DNA of 64,000 bases from the human T2T-CHM13v2.0 reference genome, Homo sapiens: NCBI RefSeq assembly GCF_009914755.1, contig NC_060925.1. The stretch is one strand, 5' to 3'. This document shows positions 30,372 through 46,912 of this stretch, in pieces. Within the stretch, counting starts at the first letter, position 1. Every line of letters begins with the position of its first letter. The position numbers and the translations under genes are program-made. The notes beneath the pieces were generated by a model. That model did not search any database. It was not told the origin of the DNA and saw only the letters and a program-made list of their open reading frames with translations.

Positions 30372-31623
30372 GAAGGATTTGTCTGGTGACCTTGGGGAGA
30401 CAGCCTGACCAGAGACGAAACTGGGGACAGAAGAGCTAGCAGAGGAGCCTCTACAGCAACCAGGTCTCTGGCTGGATGGCCAGAGAGGAGGAGAGCCAAA
30501 GACTTTAAGGTCACAACAGATAGGACGAGGTCAGTTACTGGAAATGGGAAGAAGCCCAAGGAGCCTGAGATGACTACGTTTCCTAGCTGGGGCCAACTGC
30601 TAGAGGATGGTGCCACAGCCTCACCGGAGTGTGTACGTTTTGTGTGTGCTTTTAAAACCCACTGTTTTTAATTTCAAAGACAGGCACAGGCAGTAACTCA
30701 AATTGCTAATGCTTGCAAGCAGAGGTCCTGCTTGGCCTGCTGTAGTGGCTGGTTAAGGCAGATTTGTGCTTAACAGCATCTGTCTGTACATAAACAACCA
30801 ACCAAAGCTTCAAGGCCTTCAGAGTTTGTTCTTAAGTTCATCAAGACCTTCACTCGTTTACATTCCCGAGAGGCTTAGCAAATAACTTCATAGACAGCAC
30901 AAAGGTAAACTCTGCTGGCGCCCAGAATGACTTACCACAAATTTATGGAGTCTCACTTAACCATGGTTTGTCTTGTATAATCCGTGACCCAATAAGCAAC
31001 TTTGTTTAAACGTCGAATCTGTTTTCTGCCATGTGGCCCGGGAACAGTTTGTGCTGGGGGCGATTTGGAGAAGGAATCCTGGGCCGGCCCAGCCGACCAC
31101 TCATCTTTAGGTCACTCTGGAAAACTGCACATTTTGGATTAATAAAAAAGAAAAGTGCTTCCTCCACTGCCTGAGTGTCCTCTGGGATGTGACAATAGCT
31201 GTGCAGGAGGGAGATGCCTCAACCACAAACACACGAATACTCCTTGGATGACTTTCTGTTCCCATGGGAAAATCCAATACCCTCGCTGTCAAGGGAATCA
31301 CAGCCACGACAGAAGTCCACTTGGCGGACCAAGCCTTCTTCAACCTTTTGGGGTCTGCTGTCTACCATCATAGCCAAGTCAATGTCATCTTTTTAAATTG
31401 AGGTTTTTTTGTTTGTTTTGTTTTTTAAAAACCATGCAACATAAAAGTAACCATTCTAGTCCTACTCTGACCATACAGACAAACACAAAACCCTGGGAGA
31501 TGGCAGGGCAACATGAAGGAAGAGGCTGGCTCTGTGGATGACCCACCAGCCAGAATGGGTGACCTGTTGTTATATGAGAAATAAACTCCTATCTCATCTG
31601 AGGAATAAAATGTAACCATTTTA

Positions 31624-31956
<333 letters not shown>

Positions 31957-34679
31957 TTAAAGTGAACAATTCAGTGGCTATGTTAAGGTCATTTGGATTA
32001 CCGTGAAAACATAACTGCTTTATGTGTCTCTCTCTTTTTCCTTTTATAAACAAGTCTCTCCTTTAAAAAAATTCTGTTGGGATCACAGAAATTAGATCTG
32101 GACTGACATCTCAATTTCATCTGAGTCCTGCTCCTTCATTTGACGATGCATAATGAGGTCCAGCGCAAGTTTTGCCAGGTTGCACAGATAGAGGCAAAAT
32201 CCGCACCTAAACCCGGATCTTCTTCGTGTTTTGAGGCCTGGCTCTGCCCCGAGCCCTTCTCCCCCATGAGTCTTTCATCCAGGGACTGTGTAAGTGACTG
32301 GCAGACACAACCGAACAGTGAGATGAGATTCTCACCCTCAAGGAGCTGTGACCTAAGGTAGAGGACAGCCAGAAAAAAAAAGCAGGAAAGAACTACAACA
32401 TCCTCCTACATTCAACGCCCAGCATCCCAGCTACCCCATTATTTTCGAGGACTGGTCCTCCCAGTGATTTGTCCAGGTCATCAAGGTATCAACTTTTTAA
32501 AAAAATTCTAGAAGACAGCAATCTCTCTAAAATGTATTACCTGCTCTACATTTTTACACAATGCAAATGATCACAGGACAATGCAATGAACACAGCTAAA
32601 CCATTTCTCATTAGCCTAAGGACAGTGTATGAGTAGCCACTCTTGGAACAGCACCCTGTGTCTGCTTTTTACATTTATCTGCTTCTTCTGCCAGGCTGTC
32701 AGCTACACTTCCTCAACTAATATGTTGCTTCTAATCTGCTATGAGGTTGAGAACCCAGAAAATTAGAAATCTGCTCTCATTTCAAACAAAAAAAAAAAAG
32801 AAACTCTGAGAGAAGGAATAAATCAGGTTGATAACTTGGGGTCCAGAGTCACAGCCCACAAATAGTTTGTAAGTACCTTGACACTATATGAAGATTACTT
32901 CTTCCTTTTCTTGAAGAAGTTCAAGACTCTAAAGGCAGAGATACGATATACTAATAATTCCTACTTTCCCATACAACCTGCATAAGCAAGTCACCACCTC
33001 ATCCCTTGGAACCTCAGTCTTCTTTAAAACCTGGGTCCGACGGTACTGTCTACCTCACGGGCCACTGGGAATGAGGTACCACGTCTGGGCCATAAGGGCA
33101 CCGCCCACAGAGCATCCTCCATAAAGGGTAGGAACTCTCCCAGAGAGTAAAGCACATGGCTTATCTGCCAGGACTTTTACATAACATTTTTTAGGTGCTA
33201 GAGGGTCCTTTCTGCCTGGATTTTTCCCTCACTTGACACAGGTTTTCCATTCAGGCTGCCAGGAGTCTCTAGAAAGGTAGGCGGAGTGTTATGTCAGTTT
33301 CCAAGTCATTAAGCACCCACAAAGGAGGGCAGGCTTGCACAGCACTCACTCCACACAACCGCCCCTGCCCTGAGTACGACGGAGCACATGGCTTCCCTAA
33401 AGCCACAAGGAGAAGAGAGGCAGGGACAGTGAGAGCTGAAGGAATTCCACATGTGTCCATGGAAGATCACCTTCCCTTTGTTTTCCTGCACTCTAGTAAC
33501 TCCCTCATGCAGCTTGCTTTCTGAAGCCCTCTGCTCCATTTCCCCAGCCCAGGACAGCATCAAGAAATATTTCCACCATCTCATCTATTTGAACCTTCTC
33601 CCTATTTACTGGTGCTCCCAACCCCATCTGAGGCCATCGAAACCAGACAACTGTGGCAGCACTAGCAGAGTCCCCAAACTACCCTGACACCCTCCCTGGC
33701 AAGGAAAATTTCCACGCGCCTCTCCCTGGCATATTTATTCCAGAGGAAAACTTAGCAACCTACACACTACACACAGGCTCTGTGTCAAACTCTACAACAG
33801 CCATCAGTTGATCTTTCCCTTACACATCCCTCCAGGAAGTGAAATATCCGAAATGAGTCATACTCAGGAGTCGGAGCTATACTTCCACTGTAGTTTTTTT
33901 GGATAACCAATTCACTGTTTACACTCCAAAACCTCTAATTGCTGAACACAGAACAGTTCCTTTGCAGAGATCAAAGCTTACCTGGTGAACCTGGCGAAAT
34001 GACAAAAATTCTCCAAAAGGAGTTAGCCATCCAGAGTGCCAGAGGAGGGTGGCTGTACAAGCACATTTTAATTGGCAAAGCAGAGTCGCTGCCCAGCAAG
34101 GAAGAGTATGCAGGGGTTTATTCTGCTGCTCTTCTATTTCCCCTTTAAGGCATATATCTCTTACCCCTGCACCCACCAACTCTAGTCACTCCTAGCACAC
34201 AGCTGGCGGCCGCCCACCCGCACCCGCACCTGCACCCGCACCTCAGAGAGCTTGCTGATCCCTGAGCCGTGCACTGAAGCTTCCAAGCAGCTCTACCTAA
34301 AGGCAAGCACTGCCTGCTTTTTACAACATATACAATGGGCTAACCTGATGCACAGAAAAACCCTGGGTCACATGACAACCAACAAACTCATTGCTCAGGA
34401 TGGCTCTCCGCCACGTTTCTCAGGCACTGTGCTTGGCTCTGCTGGCCAACTGAGTGAGCTGGAGCATTTTCTCTTGGGTGTGCATACCCCTCCACCTGTC
34501 CAACTTTAAAACACACAATCAACAGGGATGTTACACTAAAGGGGACCCTAGAAACCATATAAACGGTGGAAAATTGAGGCCTGGACTGACCCATAACAAA
34601 TGAGACATCACATAATGGCAAATGAACCATGACCAGAAAACAAATCTCTTTAGTACACAGTTTAGCGCTTCTGCTTATA

Positions 34680-34878
34680 CAGGTTGAACAGCCCTAACCC
34701 AAAAATCCAAATCCCAAACTTTTTGAGCGAAGACATGAGGCTCCAATGAGCATATCAGACTTTCGGATTAGGAATGGTCAACCAGTAAGTTCTGCAAATA
34801 TTCAAAATCTGAAAAGAATCCAAAGAAGTCTCAAATCCAAAATGCTTCTGGTCCCAAGCATTTCGGATAAGAAACCTG
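34680..34878 (-). mobile_element. Tigger4/MER46-type MITE
   Basis: TA-flanked ends caggttga.../...cctg; aaatgcttctggtcccaagcatttcggataag is the reverse of the Tigger4 5' end. Confidence 0.75.
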
Positions 34879-34921
34879 TAGTTTAATCATCAGTCAAAAT
34901 TTAAGAATAGAGTTGATTTTG

Positions 34922-35577
<656 letters not shown>

Positions 35578-35656
35578 TACGCTTTGACTCTTTTGAATAA
35601 AATTCTACATTATTAGCATTAACAATGGCAGTATTAAGAATATTTATATATTGTCC

Positions 35657-35957
35657 AGACTGGGCACACTGGCTCACATTTGTAATCCCAGCACTTTGGG
35701 AGGTCGAGGTAGGCAGATCATTGAGGCCAGGAGTTCAAGACTAGCCTGGAGAACATGGCAAAACCCCATCTCCATCCAAAATACAAAAATTAGCCAGGCG
35801 TGGTGGTGTATGCCTGTAGTCCTAGCTACCCAGGAGGCTGAGGTATGAGAATCACTTGAACCTAGGTGGCCGAGTTTGCAGTGAGCTGAGATAGCACCAC
35901 CGCACTCCAGCCTGGGTGATAAGGTGAGACCCTCTCTCAAAAAAAATTTGAAAAAAA
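35657..35957 (+). mobile_element. Alu, full length, long TSD
   Basis: aagaata(t/c)ttatatattgtcca on both sides. Confidence 0.92.
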
Positions 35958-37699
35958 GAATACTTATATATTGTCCAGATAATTTTATTTTTATTTTTAA
36001 GTGAATTGATCTTTATTAAGAATACTAGGTATCCAAAAGGCAAACCAATTTCAAACGCAAAAGGGAAGGAAACTAACAACTGCTAAGGGTGGCCCGGCAT
36101 GGGCCAGGCGCTGCACCCTGTGGGTTTCAGGAGAGCCTCACAACAGCTGCAGGAGGTGGCTCTTGGGTACCCCAGTTTCACAGATAAGTAAAATGAGGCC
36201 CTGAAGGGTTAGGTGACTTGCCCCAGAGCACTGAATGACACAGAAGGACATAACACAGGTCCCCTCCCATGCCCAAACATTCTCCAAAGAATGTTAAACA
36301 CTCCCAATGAAATAAAATTAATTTCTAACGACTTGTAGGGAACAACTTGCAAGCTCACAAAATCAGATAGGGGCAATGAGTCTCTTCTCCCGGGATGAAC
36401 AAATTATGGACAATGCCATCTACTACCAAATTCTGAAATCTGTCACCGTGGATTACAGACGGTATTCTCACAAACACTATCCCTGGCAGGTGGATTTGTC
36501 GAAAACAAGAAAGCCTCTCCCACACAGTTTCTCTGGTTGACGGTTTCCTGGACCCCTTGAGAAGATCTGCAAGGCGCCATCACCTTGTGTCTGATCATTA
36601 ATGTTTCACAGATGTCTACAGCTGCTGCCTCCACATGATCCTGGCTGGTTTCATGTAACAAGCGACTAATCCCTGCACTTTGTCAACTGGCAGTTAGACA
36701 CATAATTATGGGCAATCCTGAGACGTCTTCAAGGGATGCCGTACATGTTGTCCATTTCCCACTCAATGGCACGAGAAATTCAAGAAGCCTTTCACAAAAG
36801 TGGAAGCTGAGTAAAGCAGGGTGCTCCTGTCTTCCAAATAACAGTTAAAAGAAAAAACAATTCAGAAAAATGTCGACCACGTGTTCACTGACGAAGGCTA
36901 AGAAAAGTAAACTCCTTTTTTCATAGCAGAAGCAGCCAATTCACATAAACCAAACAGATTTATAAGATGGCCTAGATGAAATCTATAATATTTGGACACA
37001 GGTTTACTCCAACAAAACCCTGCACATGGCTTCCAAAGACATCGGGGAGAAGCTTCAGTCCAACCTGCAAACAGCACAAACGGGCATGTCTGGATGGGAA
37101 AGCAAAAAGGTTTAAAGGATCTGGAAAAAACGAAGGCTCCATCAATCCAAATATTTTATCTAGAAGGGGGTGGTGCTGCTTTTTTGACTTATGTCCAAAA
37201 GGAAGCTTGAGGAAAAGAACACAGTGCTTATTGATCCAACAAACCACTTGGGCTATTTCTTCCCTGGGCTCTTGGGCTCCAATTTCAGATGCCTGTGTGT
37301 GACTCAATATGGAAGACTCTATCAAATCTCTATTTGTCCCTGTCGGCCTTCCCCATCCAGCTCAAGGGTAACTCTATTACAGCACCACGCTCTACACTGA
37401 CACCATGGGCCCAGCACTGCAGAGCACAACAGAATTCTGCAACAACTGGCCCTCTGGCTCCCCTAAATAGATCACCAAAGTTTTAAACATATTTTAGTGA
37501 CAGAAATGTACAATGCAACACTCTACCCACCCATGATACCTTTGCAAACTTAACCCAAGACCTGTCATAACGTTGCCCTCTTCCAATTAATGTCAGGACC
37601 CACTGGGTAGGGAGATGCCTGAAACATGACATCCTTTGGGCTTCGATTTTCCAGACCAAAGACAGAGTCCTTGCAGGTCTGCAGCTGGCAGAAAGACCT

Positions 37700-37910
37700 T
37701 GGAAGTAAGACAGACAAGAGTTCAAAGCCCATACTCGCCATTTCCTAGCAATTAAGGTCTGAATAATTCCTTCACCTCTCTGAGCCTCGATTCCTTCATC
37801 TGTTTAGCGGCAATAATAATCAAACCTATCTTACAGGGTTATTTTGAGAACAATATCACAAAATATGTGTAAAGAAAGTAGCATAGTTCCTAAAACAACA
37901 AATATTCAAT
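37700..37910 (+). mobile_element. MIR
   Basis: gagttcaaagccc...cacctctctgagcctcg...catctgt...acctatcttacagggttattttgag. Confidence 0.7.
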
Positions 37911-37939
37911 TAAATAAAAAAAAAACAAAAACAGGCATT

Positions 37940-38046
37940 GGCTGGGCATGGTGGCTCACATCTATAATCCTAGCACTTTGGGAAGCTGAGGCAAGAGGAC
38001 AGCTTGAGGCCAGGAGTTTGAGACCAACCTGACCAACAGAGTAAGC
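37940..38046 (+). mobile_element. Alu left monomer/FLAM
   Basis: ggctgggcatggtggctcac...gaggccaggagtttgagacc. Confidence 0.82.
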
Positions 38047-38147
38047 CTTTTTTTTTTTTTTAAGGGTTAAAAAAATACAAAACAGGTATTATCACCATCT
38101 TCTTATACAGAACTTCATTTCAGAAAACATAAGATTATAATGTTTCT

Positions 38148-38507
<360 letters not shown>

Positions 38508-39577
38508 CACACTCATTATAATATGGAATTAAACATATACACGCACACTCTCACTTATATAAGTTAACATTCCCTAAAGGCATGAGAGTGGGTAGCCCCG
38601 GAACATGGGGCCTGAAAATCAAATCAGTCAAGGCCGCTCCTTTTTGGTTCTTTTGGGTAAGCCAAAATGATCTTTACTAGTGGAAACATTATTCCTCCAT
38701 CAACAGACAAGTTTCCTGAGAGCTGGTGAACATCTTGCCAACAAGACATATTTCGCAAGCTCAAAACCTTTCTTTCCATCCCCAATCAAACGCTGAGTGT
38801 TATGTCTCAAGAAGAAAGCTGGCTGAGGAAGGAGCTTAACATCCTTCCATGAGCAAAAAGAATTAAAGAAAGGGAAGCAACAAGTTCCAGTTCCAAAATA
38901 GCTTTTTGATAACTAGGAACTAAGCCCAGCCCTGGACAGTATTACTGACTCTCACCACCACCTAAAGCAGGCTCTGCCAAACACAGCACAACAACCAACT
39001 GCTACTAACAACTTTCACTAAGCAGGTAGTGCACGGCAGGCGCTGACTTAGGGCTTAAAACACAGCTATAATAGTAATAGCTAAAACTTATTAAGCCATT
39101 CTTCTAAGTGCTTTATATGCCAATATCTCATGTAATCTTAAAAATGAACCAAGGAGTTAAGTGCCAGTATCAGTCTCAGATGCAGAAACTGAGGTACGGA
39201 GAGAGTGGTGAGCTTACACATTTAAATGGATGGCAGAGCTGGGGTTCAAAGGCAGGTGCATCTGACCCCAGAACCTGTGTGCCTACTCAATACTCCACAG
39301 AGCCCAGCAGCTGGGCCACCTGTGCTAAGAACCACTGCCATCTCTTTGTTTTAAAGTCTCCAAAAGAAGAGGAGCGGGTTATTTAGCACCTACTTTTGCA
39401 CAGTTGAGTCACAAGTGAGGAAGGCAGCACCGCTCTCTAGTTAAGGATACAGGTTGGAAAGCAAGATTGTCTGCATTCAAATCCTGACTCCACCGGGTCC
39501 CAGCTGTGTGACCTTGGACAAGTCACTAAACTCTTCTGAGCCTCGAGTTCCCCCATCTATAAATGAGGGTAGTAACA

Positions 39578-40185
39578 CAGTAGTCACCCCTTATCTGCAG
39601 TTTTGTTTTTTGGCAGTTTCAGTTACCTGTGGTCAACCATGGTCTGAAAATACTAAGTGGAAAATTCCACAAACAATTTGGAAGTTTTAAATTTCACGCC
39701 GTTCTGCGTGATGAAATCTCATGCCTTCCCACTCCATCCTGCCTGGGACATGAATCATCTTTTTGTCCCGCGTATCCACACTGTACAAGCTATGTACCCG
39801 TTAGTCACTCAGGAGCCAGCTCGGTTCTCAGATCCACTGTCATGGTGTCACAGTGCTTGCGTTCAAGTTACCCTTATTTTGCTTCATAATGGCCCTAAAA
39901 CACAAGAGTAGTGATGCCAGCAATTCAGATATGCCGAAGTGAAGACAAAAGGGCTTCTTTAAGTGCAATTTCTCAATTTAATAAAGGAAGGGAAAAACTA
40001 TATGCGGAGACTAAGATCTATGGTAAGAATGAGTCTTCTATCTAAAATTTTGAAGGAAAAGAAATTTGTGCTAGTTTTGCTGTCACACCTCAATGCAAAG
40101 CATATAGGGTTCGATATTATCTGTGGTTTCAGGCATCCAATGGGGGTCTTGGAGTATATCCCCCATAGCTAAGGAGGGACAACTG
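39578..40185 (+). mobile_element. MER44/Tigger7 DNA transposon derivative inserted in a MIR
   Basis: 5' cagtagtcaccccttatctgcag...ggtcaaccatggtctgaaaata; 3' ...taaggagggacaactg; decayed transposase start atggccctaaaacacaagagtagtgatg at 39889. Confidence 0.85.
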
Positions 40186-43100
40186 CTATACATACATTAT
40201 ACTGTTATTTTAAGGATTATGTGGGGGTAATCCTCATTCAGCATCTGGCACATACCTGGGACATAGTCACTGCTCCATAAATTCTACATGTTAAGTCAAC
40301 AGAAAAGAGGAAGAAACAAGAAAGTAAAAGCATATAATCTAACAATTTCACAACAAAGGCCTCGCTGGCCTTCTGCCAACCTCCAGAAAACAGTGCTGGA
40401 CTCTGTGTACCCGCAGTGTGGCTGGGACTGCAGACACCAGGAAGACCTTGGGACCTGTGGAGCCTGGATGGTTCAGTTGTCTGAGCCAAGGAGGGCTGGA
40501 TTAGGCTCAGTGATCGAAGCTGAGCAAGTTTCAGCACATACCTCTACAAAGTGGACGCCCAGGGATGGCTGATATGATGATTCTTTAGGAAGCCAAATGC
40601 TCAGTTTCTCAGAAAGGTGTTTTCCTGTTTCATGACAGATAAAAAGGTTTCTCATCCAGACAAATAAATCTGCTGACTGAGAGCTTTCATTAAAAGCAAA
40701 CAGTCTTGCAATAAGGAACCGTAAGCTAGGAAGGCCTTCCATGAATATATGAAATGTCACAAGTCCTCAGCCTGTGTCTGAGAGTGAGAGAGGGAGAAAT
40801 TTGAGAAGGTGCTGACCAGCTCAAAGACTGGGATATCATAACCCTAACAACATCCAGTCAGTACATTCCTCACCTACAAACGAAAATCACAGGCAAGGCC
40901 ACGCACCGCTGAGTCCCAGGAGACACACCTTCCCAAATAAGTGTTTGGGTGGGTTGCTGTTAACTTCCAATAAAGCAGATAAATGTCATCAATTGCTTCC
41001 TGTCTTCAGGTCTTGTCAATACAGAATGCTAAGTCCGCTAGCCTGGAAAGCCTGTGTACCTTCCACAGTCTTAAAGACTTGATGGGAAACTGGAAAAGCA
41101 ATCAGGAACAGAACACCATGGGCACGAGACTCATTCCAGGTACTGTCACAGCAAGATACCCTTCTAGTATTCCAAAGCTAGGAACACACCTCCCCTTGCT
41201 CCCGCCAGCCCAGGGAAACCGAATAAGCTGTTTACCAGGGACCCCAGCAAAGCGAGCCTCAAAACTCACCAGTGGGAGAACTTCATGACACAAAGAGAAA
41301 ACATTGTTGCTTTCATTTGCCAATTTTTAAATACTTAGCTCATAAGTTCTGTGACCAAAACTAATAGAAGGCTCGGGAGGAGAGCTCGGAAAAGCAGAGG
41401 GGGTTGTTTTCCTAGGCTCCTTCCTCTAACACGAAGGTGGAAATCAATTCGCTTTCCCCTTCTAACCCTTGAATCCCTGGAGAACGATCGTATTTGGATG
41501 GCCTACGAATGCTCAGCTTTCCGGTAGTGCCCCAGACGAGGAATCCATCCATCCAAGTATTGTTCTTACCTCCCACTACCTCCTACGTCAGGGGAGGGGA
41601 CCGGGCACATGGTTCCGAGGTCATGCTCCTCACTTAGAGGATCGTGGGAATGCTTACGGAAACACTTGTCACGGCGCTGCCAGCTGGAATCGCTGCTTAA
41701 GAAGAGGCTGGAAAACTAGGGAGTGCGCGATCAGAGACGGGAGGCTGGGGAGAGCAGGGAGGCAGATGTTGTGTGTTATCACTGAAACAAACACAAGCCA
41801 TCCAGTTGTGCACTTCAGCTACGTGCGGCTTAGCGTGCTTCGATAATGCCTCCAGAAAGTCAGGGAAAGGAAATACAGAGGAAGCTGGGCCTCTCTTCTA
41901 CCACCTCGAAACTGTCCTGCTGCCAAACAGATCTGGGAAAGCAGGTTTTAATGAGAAAATTCAATTAAGAAATAAACTTAAGTAACCCCATAGCATGCTG
42001 AGTGAAGAGAGGAGCCTTTCTCAAGTGTCTTAGTGCCGAGGAGTGGACCAAGGGGCTCTGAAAAATGACCAATGAGGCTTCCCGCCACTCAGAGGAAGCC
42101 AAGCTCAGAAAGGCCACGAAGACCATCCTCGCTTAAGCGCGGGGCCAGATTCCAAGGCCAGGTCTGCTCCGCCTCATCCATTTCTTGTGCTGCTTCCCAG
42201 TGAGACTCAGCAGAGGACACACGAGGCCACATGAGGTACTCACATCAGGATCTCAGCTCTCTAACACAGGGAGGGGTGCAACGAAGGCAAGGACACAGGT
42301 GCTGTGCGTGACTCCCCACCGGGGCCGGCGGGCACTGGGTGGCTCAGAGATCATTAGGAACGGTCGCTCCCTCCCTTTCTCCTGGTTTCCCTTCTGTCCT
42401 CTGATAGAGGAAAGTGGCTTAGATCATTCTCACAGGAAGATTAAATCCAGAGCAAGGGAAAGGGATAGGAATCCGTTTCCAATCAATGATGGAAACCAGA
42501 TTCCCTCATCAGTTGGGATTCAGTCTTACATGTTGTAAACATCACAGAGCTCCACCCATGGCTACAAGCGTTCAGGAGGTATGAAGCATGGTGGCACATC
42601 CTGGGTGAGAGCTGCCTGTGGCCAAGAAGCCTCCCGGCTTGGGCTGGCCCATCTGAGGGACAGGAAGCAACACGTCTCTTGGAAGTTATCCCCAAAACTC
42701 CCATCTCAGAAAGGTGAGATAAAGCACAAGACTGTCCCACTCTTGTAAATGTTCTATATTTACAGGAATAAAGTTTTAAAACCATCTTAGACAACTATAA
42801 CCTCCTTCCTGTAGAACATACCCATGTACATTTGTACTCATATGGGAAAATATGGTATCAATTATTAATAGTAAAGTATTTGAATTAAAGGTCTTTTGTT
42901 CTTGAAGAACCACGGGATCTCAGTTTCAGTGGCCTTGGAGTCCCACTTCCCCCGTATGAAATCCCTAAAGCACTAGGTGTTTTGACCCCTGCTTGATCTT
43001 GACTATGGGGAAAATGCACCATGTCCCCAGTCAGCCTGTGTCACGCGGTGCTGGCTGTTTGGCAGCTCTGCCTTACACTGCAGCCTCCAGCACAGAGAGT

Positions 43101-43639
43101 CCTCTGTCCAGAACCACCTCAAGGATGTGCAAGTTCTCTGCCACATGGCATCCCTCAGACACCTGAAGTGAGCCATCTCAGCCTCCCTCCAAGCAGCTTC
43201 CCTCCCGGCTGACACTCCCAGCTCTGCTGTGTCCTGCACATGGCACGCTTCCAAGACCACTCGCCCTCGGCTGTCCCCTGGGGTTCATGCCACTGGATCA
43301 CTGGGTGCTTAATAGGCGCCAACCATTTCAGAAACCACCTCTTATTCCCGTGAGAGCAACCCCTGCAAGTATTCTGTTTTGGTTTTGTTTGTGCTTTTTC
43401 TTTTTGCAGGAATCAAGGCCCTAACATCCAGAACCTCAGCAGTCTCTCTGGCTGCCATCCACATCATCTGCCCAGACACAAAGAGAGCGGGACAGGACCA
43501 CAGCGTGGCCAGGTGGGGGTGCTACCGGTTTTCCCTACAGCTGACGTAAAATACATATATTACTGCAAATCTAATAACCTGCTTAGAAAGCACTTCAAGG
43601 CAGAACCATTCAGGAAATACCTTAATACAAAATACCTTT

Positions 43640-43835
43640 GTTTTTCTTTTCTTTTTGTTTTTCTGAAGCAGGGTCTTGCTTGCATACCACCATGTCTGGT
43701 TAATTTTTGTACTTTTTGGAGAGACGGGGTTTCACCATGTTACCCGGGCTGGTCTTAAACTCCTGGGCTCAAGCGATCCACCTGTCTCAGCCTTCCAAAG
43801 TGCTGGGATTACAGGTGTGAGCCATGCACCCGGCC
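43640..43835 (-). mobile_element. Alu with most of the right arm deleted
   Basis: cagggtcttgct joins to accaccatgtctggttaattttt, then a complete left arm. Confidence 0.85.
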
Positions 43836-44277
43836 CATAAAATACACCTTTGTAATGAATATGTGAGAAATAGATACTGGAAGAGATGATGTAAAAACAA
43901 TTTTTTATTTTTATTTAATCTCTCTTATGCAGATTAAGCATTTCCCCTGAAATCCAACCCTCACAGCTCAGTCCAAACTTTTCCTCACCGTGAAAAGGTG
44001 AACTCCAGACCAGCCTAAGGCCAACCGTTCTGAATGGCAACCACTAGATTCAAAGCAAGGTGCTGTGATGTTGCTAGGTGTTTGGTTTGTGCTCCTATGA
44101 CCAGTGTGGGGGGAAGGGACTTGGGCAGACATCCAAGCTGAGGTCCCCTGGGCAGAGTGACTCAGAATTAGTGTCTGGATAGGCATCCGTGCACCCAACG
44201 CTACTGACTTACTCCAGTTCATCCTGAAGACAGACTATTACAGTAAAAGCCATGTTTTAAAAAAGTTATAGCTGCTA

Positions 44278-44608
<331 letters not shown>

Positions 44609-45224
44609 TTATGCAGAAAGTCCACGAAATTTGAAAATATACATCATATAAACGTAAGCAAGGCTGAAAACACGTGAATCCCAGTTAGCTCACCCTGCAT
44701 TCCTGCCCATGCAGCTCGTGACCCAGCTACAGCCTTGGGTCTGTACTCTCCCTGCAGTCAGAGGATGGGGACAGGTGGCACACTGCTGGCCTGAGCACAA
44801 CAGGAGTCCGTTTGCTTGCGGACATTTCTTGGAAATAAAGTAAGTATAAGGGTGTACTCAGGAACACTGCATTTTATCTGGGACTCGGCTTTGTTGCCCA
44901 GCCCAGCACAGGGAAAGAGGAGTTTTAAAGTGTTTCAGAGGAAGAAAGAGAAAACCTTGTTGGCCTCAGGGGAGTGAGGTATAGCACACTCATTCAGCTT
45001 CATTTACTGAGTACCTACCTAGTATACACAGCAGGGCATGTTCACCCCTTTTTTTGCATAACAACATACACCCAGGGTGGCTCCAGTATACTCAGAACTA
45101 CGGAACTGAAGAAGCATCACATCACATCTTTCCCAAGTGATGCTGGGTGGGGTCCCCAGTGTAGAAGGCAGACAGAGAAAAAAAAAAAAAACAGCAGCAC
45201 CAAGCGGCTCAAAAGCTCAGGAGA

Positions 45225-45647
<423 letters not shown>

Positions 45648-46601
45648 TTATTACTGTAATCCTAAAAAAAAGGCTCACAAATTTTTTAACTGACAATTTT
45701 CAAAAAACAAAAGTCAGTGCTTAGTCCTGTTGTTTACATCGGGTACACTATTAGAATCTGGCTTTCAGAATGGAGAGACCCAGACTGCTCATGACAATTA
45801 CACCAGAGGATCTGATTCAAACTGATTCGAGCTGGGGAGTGGGGGGGTGTGGAGTGAGCAGGAGCAGCTGAAACAACGCTGGGCACGGAGGATAACTGCT
45901 GAAGTTGGGTGACAGATAATTGGGGGCTCATTATATCACGTGCTTGAAATTCTCTGTAACAAAAAGTTCTCTGAATTTAAATCAGGCAACACTAACTTAA
46001 AGTTCCCTTACGGTAAGGCCTGGTTGCCACCTACTCCTAGGCTCTTGCAAGCTTTAAGGCCAGTATGAGTCGAATGTTTACTGGACATTAGGCAGTTTTC
46101 TCACACTCACACTCGCACTCGGTCCAGGAAAGCCCTCCCGGGGCAGGGGGCCAAACGAAACCCTAAATGCAGCTTTGTAGCAGCCCAGCTGCTCTGAAGG
46201 ACTGAAAAACACAGGGTCCTCAAAAATCACCAAAAAACCCTTTGGTTTGGACAGCTTTTCCTTCCCTGGCTTCCTGTAAAGATGCCGCAGGCTCCCTAGA
46301 ATCTCCAACTCCGGTTTGTTTTTAGGAAAGTTCCGTTGCTCCTGCCTTCAGCTTGGCTGCCTACTCCACGTTACACAAATACACCTCCTCTGTGCGGCGC
46401 AAACAACCTCTACGCCAGTGGTGCTGAAGGAGGCCTTCGCTACTTGCATCCATCCTATCAGCGTCCAGAGGAGTGAACACGTAGATGTCTATCACTGACT
46501 TCATACCCTTCCCCCAACAAAAAAACCTTAAAATCATAATTACATCCTTCTCTACAATGACCTTTCTTACTTTTATAACAGGATTTTAAAAATCCATTCC
46601 T

Positions 46602-46912
46602 GGCCAGGAGTGGTAGTTCACGCCTGTAATCACAGCACTTTGTGAGGCCAAGCTGGGAGGATGGCTTGAGCCCAGGAGTTCCGAGACCAGCCTGGGCAAC
46701 ATACTGAGATCCCATCTCTACAAAAAAAAAAAATACAAAAAAATTAGCCAGGCATGGTAGCGCGTGCCTGTAGTCCCAGCTACTCGGGAGGCTGAGGCAG
46801 AAGGATCACCTGAGCCTGGGAGGTCAAAGCTTCAGTGAGCTATGATCACACCACTGTACTCTAGCCTGGGCAACAGAGAAAGACCCTATCTCAAAAAAAT
46901 AAAAATAAAAGA
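46602..46912 (+). mobile_element. AluJ, full length, 15-bp TSD
   Basis: TSD taaaaatccattcct at 46587-46601 and 46913-46927. Confidence 0.93.
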
